DNA from: Deltaproteobacteria bacterium
GTDB taxonomy: Bacteria > Desulfobacterota_D > UBA1144 > Nemesobacterales > JAJCZQ01
Assembly (NCBI GenBank): GCA_029262335.1
Contig: JAJCZQ010000049.1
Span: forward strand, 13,731-77,730
Reading direction: 5' to 3'
Length of the DNA stretch: 64,000 bases
This document shows, piece after piece, positions 31,877-40,633 of the stretch. The notes under the pieces were generated by a model. The model did no database searches and was not told the origin of the DNA. It worked only from the letters and a program-made list of their open reading frames with translations. A program made the translations under genes and the position numbers. Each line of letters begins with the position of its first letter. Positions within the stretch are counted from its first letter, which is position 1.

Positions 31877-32772
31877 GAATAGCAGCTATGGACCTTGGGA
31901 CCAATACTTTTAGAATCTTAATTGGTGAATTGAGTAACGGCCGGCTTAAAGAAATATACCGCGAAACTAATATCACAAGACTTGGTGAAGGCCTTAACCA
32001 GACAAATGTTATTAATGGAAATGCAGTTACAAGGTCAGTCACAATTCTAAAGAAATACAGAAAGTTAATAAAACAGTACGATGCACAAAAAGTGCTTGCA
32101 GCAGGAACAAGCGCTTTTAGAAATGCCGTAAATGCCAAAACATTGGTTAAATATTTTAATGATGAGACAGGTATCAATATAGATATTATTTCTGGGGATA
32201 AAGAAGCTGAACTCACGGTAGCAGGTGTTATAAAATCTATGGAACTTCCTTTAACACGGTTTTATCATCTTGATATTGGCGGAGGAAGTACTGAAATATC
32301 ATTTATAAATAATGGTAAGATTGAATTATCAAAAAGCCTGGAGCTTGGGGTAGTGTCTTTGGCAGAAGACCATAGTTTAAAGAATGCGCCCTTAAAAGAG
32401 ATAGGTAAATATGTATGGAAAAAAATATCTGAGAGCATAAATACAGGTATTGAGGCTAACAATAATCTGCCACTTGTTGCTACTTCCGGTACCCCAATAG
32501 TAATAGCGTGTATTCTTAGTTCATTAAATGAATTTAAGCCCGCATTGGTAAATGAGATGAAAATCAGCCCTGAACAGGTAAATGAAATAAAATCAATATT
32601 AGTAAAAGATAATAATTCCGGGAAGTTAGACAAGTATGGTAAACTTTTAAAAGGAAGAGAAGACCTGATTGTCCCGGGAACTGTAATCTTGTCAGAAACA
32701 ATGAAATATCTGGGAAATGATTGTATGATTATTAGTGAAAGCGGGCTATTAGAGGGGTTGTCATATATTTAA
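31873..32772 (+). CDS. Ppx/GppA-family phosphatase (N-terminal ASKHA domains only)
   Basis: MRIAAMDLGTNTFRILI N-terminus and second motif DIGGGSTE. 299 aa, with no C-terminal HD-like domain. Confidence 0.7.
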   Translation: MRIAAMDLGTNTFRILIGELSNGRLKEIYRETNITRLGEGLNQTNVINGNAVTRSVTILKKYRKLIKQYDAQKVLAAGTSAFRNAVNAKTLVKYFNDETGINIDIISGDKEAELTVAGVIKSMELPLTRFYHLDIGGGSTEISFINNGKIELSKSLELGVVSLAEDHSLKNAPLKEIGKYVWKKISESINTGIEANNNLPLVATSGTPIVIACILSSLNEFKPALVNEMKISPEQVNEIKSILVKDNNSGKLDKYGKLLKGREDLIVPGTVILSETMKYLGNDCMIISESGLLEGLSYI

Positions 32773-32835
32773 ATTTTAAATATTTTTTGATAATAATCAC
32801 AGTATATATTAAAATTAATAGTTCAATAAAATATT

Positions 32836-33876
32836 ATGATAAGCAAATCTAAAGATAAACAGATTCTGGCATGTATAGTTGATAATTTTATCACTACGGG
32901 CATGCCTATTGGGTCATCTAATTTACTCAAAAAATACAATCTGAAATGGAGTGCTTCTACTGTAAGGAGCGTTTTTCATGATCTGATGCAGAAAGGATAT
33001 TTACGTCAGGAACATATATCTTCAGGAAGAATTCCAACTGAAAAAGGCATAAGAAGCCGCATTGATGATATTGTGGATACAATGGAAGTAAGCAGTGAGA
33101 GCAAGAACAATATATTAAAGATATTTGACAATGTATACGGTACTTTAGACCAAATAGTTAATGATGTAAGTAACCTTCTTTCTGATATGACACATACCGG
33201 CTGCTTCGCTACTTTACCCAGTAAGGGAAACATGAGAATACAGACTTTTCAGATAGTTGAAATAAGAAAAAGAGAGTGTCTGATAATTATTGTGTTTGAG
33301 GGCGGAATAACGGAAAAAGTATTTACCAAGCTGGACCATGATATCCCGTCCCAAAGTATTAACCATATAAGCAATTTCTTAAATGAACTTGCCCTTGGGC
33401 TTACACTTGTTGAGCTGAAAGATAAAATTATAAAGAAGGTTAAGGCCCCGCTCAGCAGATACAGCTCAATAATGGAAACACTTATAAAATTCAGCATTGA
33501 TGCATTTGATAAGGAAAATACTGTTGATGTACTGATGCACGGGAAACTTACCCAGTTTAATGATAATACAGTTGATAATCTGGAAATATCCAAAAACCTT
33601 CTTCATGTATTTGAGGAGAAGGAATTTTTACCCGGGCTAATGCAGTCTGTACTAAAAGATAATAATACTAAAGTGTTTATAGGTAGTTACAACGGAATGC
33701 CAACCGGAGTAAGTATGATTGCCGCACCATATGGAAAGGGTATCAGGCAGGGTAGTCTTGGAGTATTCGGCCCCATAAGAATGAACTACTCTCAAATTAT
33801 CCCTTTAGTCACTTACTCGGCGGATTATTTAACAAGCGTGATGGATTTAGGAGGTACAGATGTCACCTGGAGATAA
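32836..33876 (+). CDS. hrcA: Heat-inducible transcription repressor HrcA
   Basis: N-terminal winged-helix (ILACIVDNFITTGMPIGSSNLLKKYNLKWSASTVRSVFHDLMQKGYL). 346 aa. Directly upstream of grpE-dnaK-dnaJ. Confidence 0.8.
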   Translation: MISKSKDKQILACIVDNFITTGMPIGSSNLLKKYNLKWSASTVRSVFHDLMQKGYLRQEHISSGRIPTEKGIRSRIDDIVDTMEVSSESKNNILKIFDNVYGTLDQIVNDVSNLLSDMTHTGCFATLPSKGNMRIQTFQIVEIRKRECLIIIVFEGGITEKVFTKLDHDIPSQSINHISNFLNELALGLTLVELKDKIIKKVKAPLSRYSSIMETLIKFSIDAFDKENTVDVLMHGKLTQFNDNTVDNLEISKNLLHVFEEKEFLPGLMQSVLKDNNTKVFIGSYNGMPTGVSMIAAPYGKGIRQGSLGVFGPIRMNYSQIIPLVTYSADYLTSVMDLGGTDVTWR

Positions 33877-34558
33877 CGATAACATAGAAAACGAAATGGA
33901 AAATAACAATAACGAACAGCAGCCTGAAGTAGAAATTGTTGCTGAAGAAGCTGAAATTCAGACTGATTCTGATAAGTTAAAGGAAAATTACAGTGAGCTC
34001 AACAACCGCTTTTTAAGGCTTGCTGCTGATTTTGATAACTATAAGAAAAGGGTCTCAAAGGAAAAGAGTGACCTTTCTCTTTATGCAAACGAAGAATTAG
34101 TAAGAGAACTGTTAAATGTTCTTGATAATCTCAATCTTGCTATAGAACATGCCGGTGCAGATGACGGTGACACCTCATCGACTATAGAAGGTGTTAAGCT
34201 CGTATACAACTTATTTCTCTCTACTCTGGACAGATTTGGTCTGCAGGCGATTGAATCAAGTACCGGTACGGAGTTTGACCCGCGGCATCACCAGGCACTT
34301 GAGAGAATAGAGACAGATGAAATTACACCCGGTTTAATACTTGATGAAATGATTAGGGGCTATATGTTCAAGGACCGTTTGTTAAGGCCAGCTTCTGTCA
34401 CGGTATCAACTGATATAATTGAAAAGAAAAAGAGTCCATCTACGGATGATAATTCTGAAAATAATGATGATAATGAAAAAGTTATAGAAATTAATACGGA
34501 TAGCATTAATAATTCTGAAGATAATGTTTTTGATCTTACAGATGAAGAACTGGAGTAA
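33860..34558 (+). CDS. grpE: Nucleotide exchange factor GrpE
   Basis: Core motif LRLAADFDNYKKR and C-terminal beta domain (GYMFKDRLLRPASV). Acidic extensions. 232 aa. Confidence 0.85.
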   Translation: MSPGDNDNIENEMENNNNEQQPEVEIVAEEAEIQTDSDKLKENYSELNNRFLRLAADFDNYKKRVSKEKSDLSLYANEELVRELLNVLDNLNLAIEHAGADDGDTSSTIEGVKLVYNLFLSTLDRFGLQAIESSTGTEFDPRHHQALERIETDEITPGLILDEMIRGYMFKDRLLRPASVTVSTDIIEKKKSPSTDDNSENNDDNEKVIEINTDSINNSEDNVFDLTDEELE

Positions 34559-34579
34559 ATAAAATAAGGGATATTAACA

Positions 34580-36463
34580 TTGGCAATAGTAGGAATTGAT
34601 TTAGGTACAACAAACTCATGTATTTCCATCATTGAACAGAATGAACCGGTAGTTATTCCAAATGAGGAAGGAAGCCGGACTTCGCCTTCAGTTGTTGCAT
34701 TTACCGAAGACAACAGCCGTATTGCAGGCGCTGTAGCAAAGAGGCAGGCTTTGGTAAACCCTTTGAATACAGTTTTTGCCGTTAAGAGGCTTATCGGCAG
34801 AAAAATTGATTCCGGTGAAGTAAAAAAATCTATAGAAATATCCCCATTTACAATTGTTTCCAACAACAACGGAGATGCCTGGGTAGAGGTAAACGGCAAC
34901 AGGTACAGCCCGCAGGAAATCTCATCTAACATCCTTATGAAGATGAAAAATATTGCGGAGGAATATCTGGGGTACGATGTTAATGAAGCAGTAATTACAG
35001 TACCGGCACATTTTAATGATATTCAGCGCCAGGCTACAAAAGATGCGGGTAAGATTGCCGGCCTTGATGTAAAAAGAATCATAAACGAACCTACGGCTGC
35101 GGCACTGGCCTATGGAATGGAGAACAAGGAGAACCAGAAGGTTGCAGTGTTTGACCTTGGAGGCGGTACTTTCGATTTTACCATACTTGAGATTGCAAAC
35201 GGCGTATTTGATGTAAAAGCCACAAGTGGTGACACCTATCTGGGCGGTGATGATTTTGACCAGAGAATAATTGAACATGTTGTAGAAGTCTTTAAAAATG
35301 AAAACAATATAGACCTGAAAGAAGACAAAATGGCACTCCAGAGAATAAGGGAAGCCTGCGAGAAAGCCAAACATGAACTGTCTTCACTCGAAGAAACCAA
35401 TATAAATCTTCCATTTATCGCGGTTGATTCCACGGGGCCAAAACATTTAAACCTTAAACTCTCGAGGCCGGAACTTGAAAAACTGGTTGATGACCTTATT
35501 ACAAGGCTCGCTTATCCATGTGAGCAGGCAATGAGTGATGCAGGCATGACGGCTGATGAGATTGATGAGATAGTACTGGTCGGTGGTATGACGAGGATGC
35601 CTAAAGTAAGGGAAAAGGTAAAACAGATTTTTGGCAGGGAAGCACAGTCGAGAATAAACCCCGAAGAAGTAGTTGCAATCGGGGCTGCAATACAGGGTGG
35701 TGTACTTGAAGGTAAAGTAGAAGATGTTCTTCTGCTTGATGTTGTTCCTCTATCCCTTGGTATCGAAACCAAAGGTGAACTGTTTACAAAAATTATTGAA
35801 AGAAATACTACTATTCCAACAAAAAAGAGCCAGATATTTACAACAGCTTATGATAACCAGGATTTTGTAAGCATTCATATACTGCAGGGTGAACGTGAGA
35901 TGGTAGGTGACAATATATCTCTTGCCAAGTTCAATATGGTGGATATTCCTCTTGCACCCAAAGGTGTGCCCCAGATAGAAGTCTCATATGAAGTGGATGC
36001 AGACGGTATACTCCATGTTTCTGCTCATGACCTTGGTACTGACAATATACAGGAAATTGTTGTTGAAAATTCAAGCGGGCTTAATGATGAAGAAATTGAT
36101 TCAATTATAAATCAGAGTCAGAAAAGTAAGGAAGATGACAAAAATAAAAAAGAATACGCACTGTTAAAGAATGAAGCTGAAGGGTTGATATATTCGGTTA
36201 ATAAAACTTTAAGTTCACATGGTGATAAGATTGATTCTGAGACAGATGTAAGGATACGTGAAGAGCTAAAAACACTTGAAGATGAATTAAACGGGGATGA
36301 TTACAACTCTCTAAATATAGCTTTAAAATCTTTACAGGATGTATCTTATAAATTTGCCCAGACGATATATTCTTCTAAGGGCAATGACACAAAGACTGAA
36401 AAACCTGCTGCTGAAGCACTTTCTTCTGATGATACTGATGACGAAGAAAATGTATCCGAGTAA
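34580..36463 (+). CDS. dnaK: Chaperone DnaK (Hsp70), copy 2
   Basis: [18 protein letters not shown], full substrate-binding domain. 627 aa. TTG start. Sits in the hrcA-grpE-dnaK-dnaJ arrangement. Confidence 0.85.
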   Translation: MAIVGIDLGTTNSCISIIEQNEPVVIPNEEGSRTSPSVVAFTEDNSRIAGAVAKRQALVNPLNTVFAVKRLIGRKIDSGEVKKSIEISPFTIVSNNNGDAWVEVNGNRYSPQEISSNILMKMKNIAEEYLGYDVNEAVITVPAHFNDIQRQATKDAGKIAGLDVKRIINEPTAAALAYGMENKENQKVAVFDLGGGTFDFTILEIANGVFDVKATSGDTYLGGDDFDQRIIEHVVEVFKNENNIDLKEDKMALQRIREACEKAKHELSSLEETNINLPFIAVDSTGPKHLNLKLSRPELEKLVDDLITRLAYPCEQAMSDAGMTADEIDEIVLVGGMTRMPKVREKVKQIFGREAQSRINPEEVVAIGAAIQGGVLEGKVEDVLLLDVVPLSLGIETKGELFTKIIERNTTIPTKKSQIFTTAYDNQDFVSIHILQGEREMVGDNISLAKFNMVDIPLAPKGVPQIEVSYEVDADGILHVSAHDLGTDNIQEIVVENSSGLNDEEIDSIINQSQKSKEDDKNKKEYALLKNEAEGLIYSVNKTLSSHGDKIDSETDVRIREELKTLEDELNGDDYNSLNIALKSLQDVSYKFAQTIYSSKGNDTKTEKPAAEALSSDDTDDEENVSE

Positions 36464-36483
36464 TATTCCAGTTTGGAGAAATA

Positions 36484-37575
36484 ATGACTAAAGATTATTA
36501 TGAAATCCTTGGTATTGGCAGGGACGCTAATTCAGAGGATATAAAAAGAACTTATAAAAAACTTGCTTTCGAATACCATCCCGACAGAAACCCTGATGAC
36601 CAGGATGCACTCGACAAATTCAAAGACATAAATGAAGCATACCAGATACTTGGCGATGATAATAAACGTGCCCAGTATGACAGCTTTGGAAGTATTTCCG
36701 GTGATGGTAATTTTGGGAATGCGGGGTTCAGTTCCAATCTGAACGATATATTTGGAAACCTTTTTGAAGAAGTATTTAGTTCCGGGTTCTCAAATGGCGG
36801 CCAAAAAGGCAGAGATCTGAAATATGAACTGTCTATTAGTTTTGAAGATGCTGCCTTTGGTATGGAAAAAGAAATAGTTATACCAAAAAAAGAGCTTTGC
36901 GGTACATGTGACGGAAAGGGAGCTGCTCCCGGTGGAGACTCTGTATGCGGCGTATGTAAGGGCAGGGGGACAATGGATTATGCAAAAGGTTTTTTTGCTA
37001 TAAGCCAGCCATGCGGACAGTGCAGGGGAAGAGGGTATATTATTGAAAAGTACTGTGATGAGTGTGAAGGCGACGGGTTTATCAGGACAGAAAAGAAGGT
37101 AAAGGTAAACATTCCTGCGGGAATAGGGGACTCTTCAAGGCTTAGAATAAGAGGTGAAGGCGAAATAGGTATGGGCGGAGCTCCTGACGGCGACCTGTTT
37201 ATCGTTATTTTTGTTGAAGAGCATGCAATATTTAAAAGAGATAACAACAATATTTACTGCGAAGTACCAATTGATTTTATTACTGCCACTGTAGGTGGAG
37301 AAATCCAGATCCCAACACTTGGCGGGATAGAAAGTTTTAATATTCCTGAAGAGACCCAGCCGGGACAGTCATTTAGGATCAAGGGGAAAGGGCTTCCGGA
37401 TTTGCAGTCAGGAAGACTTGGTGACTTATATCTGATTATCAATATAGATATACCTAAAAATCTAAATTCAAAGCAGAAAAAAGTACTTAAAGATACACTT
37501 AAAGATATAAAACCACAGCAGTTTTCAAACCTGGATAGTTATAATAAGACCCTTGAGAATGAATTCAAAAAATAG
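36484..37575 (+). CDS. dnaJ: Co-chaperone DnaJ
   Basis: J domain (DYYEILGI...YHPDRNP), G/F-rich region, four CxxCxGxG zinc-finger repeats. 363 aa. Confidence 0.9.
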   Translation: MTKDYYEILGIGRDANSEDIKRTYKKLAFEYHPDRNPDDQDALDKFKDINEAYQILGDDNKRAQYDSFGSISGDGNFGNAGFSSNLNDIFGNLFEEVFSSGFSNGGQKGRDLKYELSISFEDAAFGMEKEIVIPKKELCGTCDGKGAAPGGDSVCGVCKGRGTMDYAKGFFAISQPCGQCRGRGYIIEKYCDECEGDGFIRTEKKVKVNIPAGIGDSSRLRIRGEGEIGMGGAPDGDLFIVIFVEEHAIFKRDNNNIYCEVPIDFITATVGGEIQIPTLGGIESFNIPEETQPGQSFRIKGKGLPDLQSGRLGDLYLIINIDIPKNLNSKQKKVLKDTLKDIKPQQFSNLDSYNKTLENEFKK

Positions 37576-37581
37576 ATGTTG

Positions 37582-37857
37582 TTAATAACCGCCGGCAATA
37601 GCAGGGATTATTGATACATTATCATTCTCACCGAGTTCGGTGTCTTTACCATTTAGAAAACGAATATCTTCGTTGTTTACATAGAGGTTAATAAATCTTC
37701 TGATGTTGCCTTCTTCATCGCAGATCCTGTCTTTGATTCCAGGGCATTCTTTCTCCAGTCCTTCGATTAACTCGGAAACGTTAGCAGCACTGATGTTAAG
37801 TTCTTCCCTGTCTCCTGATAGTTTTCTTAAAGGTGTTGGTATTCTTACTGATGGCAT
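37582..37857 (-). CDS. MoaD/ThiS-family sulfur-carrier-like protein with one residue after the Gly-Gly (ends AIAGGY)
   Basis: 91 aa beta-grasp-like pattern (...[34 protein letters not shown]). 18 nt downstream of the ThrC-family gene on the same strand. Its stop is 6 nt from the dnaJ stop (convergent). Confidence 0.6.
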   Translation of the reverse strand: MPSVRIPTPLRKLSGDREELNISAANVSELIEGLEKECPGIKDRICDEEGNIRRFINLYVNNEDIRFLNGKDTELGENDNVSIIPAIAGGY

Positions 37858-37875
37858 AATTTTATCTCCTTAGCT

Positions 37876-39105
37876 TTATAAACTATTATACAATTCTTCG
37901 AAATTATCAATGTTTGGTTCAATCACTTCCGGCTTTTTAACGCTGTCTATAATTGCATCCTGGGTCTTAAGGCCGTTGCCGGTAATGGAGATAACGGTGA
38001 GTTCATCTGTAGGCAGTTTTCCCTGTTCTATAAGTTTTTTTGTTACTGCAACAGTAACTCCGCCGGCAGTTTCAGTGTAGATACCCTCTGTTTCTGCCAG
38101 TAGCTTTATTCCATCTATAATTTCCTGGTCTGATACATCCTCTGCATGGCCGCCGCTTTCATTAATTACAGACATTGCATACACGCCGTCTGCAGGAGTA
38201 CCTATTGCAAGTGACTTGGCAATTGTATCAGGTTTTACAGGTTTAAAAATTTCCCATTTGTTTTTAAATGCAGTTGAAATAGGGGAGCACCCGGTTGCCT
38301 GGGCCCCGTACATCTTTGTATTTGATGGCTCTATCATACCAAGCAGTTCAAATTCCTTGATAGCTTTCCATACTTTTGTAAGCAGTGAGCCGCTTGCCAT
38401 CGGGACTACTATATTGGCAGGAGCTTTCCAGCCAAGCTGTTCCATAATTTCAAATGCATATGATTTGGAACCTTCCGAGTAGTAAGGCCTCATATTTATA
38501 TTTACAAAGGCCCAGTTGTATTTCCCTGCAATCTCACTGCAGAGCCTGTTAACATCGTCGTATGCACCTTTTATCCCAACAAGATTTGTTCCATATATAA
38601 CGCTGTTAATCACTTTTGATTCTTCGAGGTCATAGGGAATAAAAATAAAACTCTTTAGATTCCCTGAAGATGCAAGTGATGATACTGCATTTGCGAGGTT
38701 GCCGGTTGATGCACATGATACCGTATCAAAACCAAACTCCTTTGATTTTGATAATGCTACGGAAACAACCCTGTCCTTGAAAGACAGTGTAGGGAAACAT
38801 ACAGCATCGTTTTTAACATAGAGGTTTGAATGGCCAAGTGCTTTACCAAGATTATCAGCCTTTACCAGCGGGGTGTATCCTACCTGTGCCCCGATTGTGG
38901 GTTCGTTGTCTATTGGTAATAGTTCGGCATAACGCCAGATGTTTTTCTCACGCGAAAGTATTAGCTCTTTGGAGAGGTCTTTCTTTATATTGTCGTAGTC
39001 GTATTCTACTTCCAATGGGCCGAAACATGTCTCACAGACATATATTGGCTCCTTTGGATAACGCTCTCCGCATTCTTTACATTTCAGGCCTTTTGTATAA
39101 CTCAT
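37876..39105 (-). CDS. Threonine synthase family PLP-dependent enzyme with N-terminal zinc ribbon (ThrC or ThrC-like)
   Basis: N-terminal CxxC...CxxC ribbon, PLP-lysine motif SFKDR, fold-type II PLP enzyme length (409 aa). Confidence 0.8.
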   Translation of the reverse strand: MSYTKGLKCKECGERYPKEPIYVCETCFGPLEVEYDYDNIKKDLSKELILSREKNIWRYAELLPIDNEPTIGAQVGYTPLVKADNLGKALGHSNLYVKNDAVCFPTLSFKDRVVSVALSKSKEFGFDTVSCASTGNLANAVSSLASSGNLKSFIFIPYDLEESKVINSVIYGTNLVGIKGAYDDVNRLCSEIAGKYNWAFVNINMRPYYSEGSKSYAFEIMEQLGWKAPANIVVPMASGSLLTKVWKAIKEFELLGMIEPSNTKMYGAQATGCSPISTAFKNKWEIFKPVKPDTIAKSLAIGTPADGVYAMSVINESGGHAEDVSDQEIIDGIKLLAETEGIYTETAGGVTVAVTKKLIEQGKLPTDELTVISITGNGLKTQDAIIDSVKKPEVIEPNIDNFEELYNSL

Positions 39106-39169
39106 ATATGTTTACTCTTTGGATAAAATTGGAAAGAAAAATTACCTTTTATTAGTTATGTTGTCAAAA

Positions 39170-39661
39170 CTACTCTTGCACATTAATTTCTTCTACAATT
39201 TCTTCATCTTTATAGGGCCTTATGCCCTTTTTATCTATTACAACCTTAATTATTTCATCTGAAACAATCATGTTCTTTCCATTATTGTATTTACCGCTTA
39301 CTACCACGGTATCGTTAAGTCCCATTTCATCAAGCTCTTCGAACTGGACATTTATAGTGTTGCCCTGGCTGTCAGAGAGTACCATAATGTTTTCTTCCTG
39401 TATTTCTTCATCTTTTTCATTGGGTTCATCAGTTTCAACAGCCTCAGGGTCATCAATTATTTCATCTGCATATGTAATATCAGTGATATACCCAAGTACA
39501 ACAATTTTGGCACCGGCAAAGGCTATTGGTGACACCTGTACACGTTTAATTGTCGTTTTCATGCCCCTTATGTTAAAGGCCGGCTCTTTTGGCTGTTTCT
39601 TTGGGCAGCCCACTAATAAAATAATAGTGGAAAAAAATAATAGTTTTATTAAATTACTCAT
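39170..39661 (-). CDS. Acidic lipoprotein, function unknown
   Basis: Signal plus lipobox LLVGC. 163 aa, D/E-rich. Confidence 0.55.
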   Translation of the reverse strand: MSNLIKLLFFSTIILLVGCPKKQPKEPAFNIRGMKTTIKRVQVSPIAFAGAKIVVLGYITDITYADEIIDDPEAVETDEPNEKDEEIQEENIMVLSDSQGNTINVQFEELDEMGLNDTVVVSGKYNNGKNMIVSDEIIKVVIDKKGIRPYKDEEIVEEINVQE

Positions 39662-39722
39662 TCTTTTATATAAACATTACTAGGGTAAAGTGTTGAGTTA
39701 AGTATATCCTAAGGAGAGTGAT

Positions 39723-40514
39723 ATGTATATCTTGGAAAATGAGAATTTTAACATTTACAGGTTCGATGTAGGCAATGAAGGCAGGAACTATCAGTACATT
39801 GTGAAATGCAATGAAACCTCGGAATGTGTAGTAATTGACCCGTTAGACCCTGTAAGCCTGCTTCATTTTATCAGGGACAATAAACTCAGGGTTGCCGAAG
39901 TACTCAATACTCACGGGCACCCGGACCATATAGGCGGAAACAACCCGATAATTAAGGTATTTCTTGATTCCAGGATACATATTCACAGGGAAGGGCTGGA
40001 TTTTGTTGCCCCAAGGACTGTGGTTATAGATGAAGGTGATGTAATAACTTTTGGAAACCAGTCCATTTCAGTGATAAATACGCCGGGTCACTGCCCGGAG
40101 CACGTTTCTTTTATAATTGGAAATAATATATTCGTGGGTGACACGATTTTTCTATCAGGATGCGGCAATGTTAAGTTCAGAGGTGATGTGGATGTACTGT
40201 TTGATACATTTAAAGATAAAATCAGAACACTTGATGACAATATGAATATATTTTGTGGTCATGATTACGCAATAAATAACCTAGAATATGCTTTAAGTGT
40301 TGATCCTAACAATAAGGCAATAAATGATAAAACAGATAAATTAAAAAAATCTGACGAAGCTTTATCCACAGTTGCCGAAGAAAGGCTGTATAATCCATTT
40401 ATGCGCTTTGATAATGAAGGTCTGGTGACTAACTTAAAGGAAAAATATCCTGAAATGAACACAGACGGAAGGTCTGTCTTTACTAAATTAAGAGAACTTA
40501 GAAATAACTGGTAG
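39723..40514 (+). CDS. MBL-fold hydrolase, glyoxalase II (GloB)-like
   Basis: THGHPDHIGG metal-binding motif, downstream H and D ligands (GHCPEH, CGHDY). 263 aa. Confidence 0.6.
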   Translation: MYILENENFNIYRFDVGNEGRNYQYIVKCNETSECVVIDPLDPVSLLHFIRDNKLRVAEVLNTHGHPDHIGGNNPIIKVFLDSRIHIHREGLDFVAPRTVVIDEGDVITFGNQSISVINTPGHCPEHVSFIIGNNIFVGDTIFLSGCGNVKFRGDVDVLFDTFKDKIRTLDDNMNIFCGHDYAINNLEYALSVDPNNKAINDKTDKLKKSDEALSTVAEERLYNPFMRFDNEGLVTNLKEKYPEMNTDGRSVFTKLRELRNNW

Positions 40515-40633
40515 AATCTTACCTTAATTTAATCAATCATAATAAGGGATGTAAAGTCTAAAGACGGGGAGATTTACCTAAAAAGTTTTTAAAAATAAAT
40601 TTATAAGCGTTATGGATAAATTGTAATAGAACT

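Noticed and set aside
32773-32835. Search for a CIRCE operator upstream of hrcA, and for one upstream of dnaK copy 1 and grpE
   Set aside because: By eye I found no TTAGCACTC-N9-GAGTGCTAA-like dyad. It may be absent, degenerate or located elsewhere, and a computational scan is needed.
40515-40633. Possible SAM or B12 riboswitch in the metH leader
   Set aside because: The 119-nt leader is AT-rich and lacks the conserved GC-rich cores of either riboswitch class.
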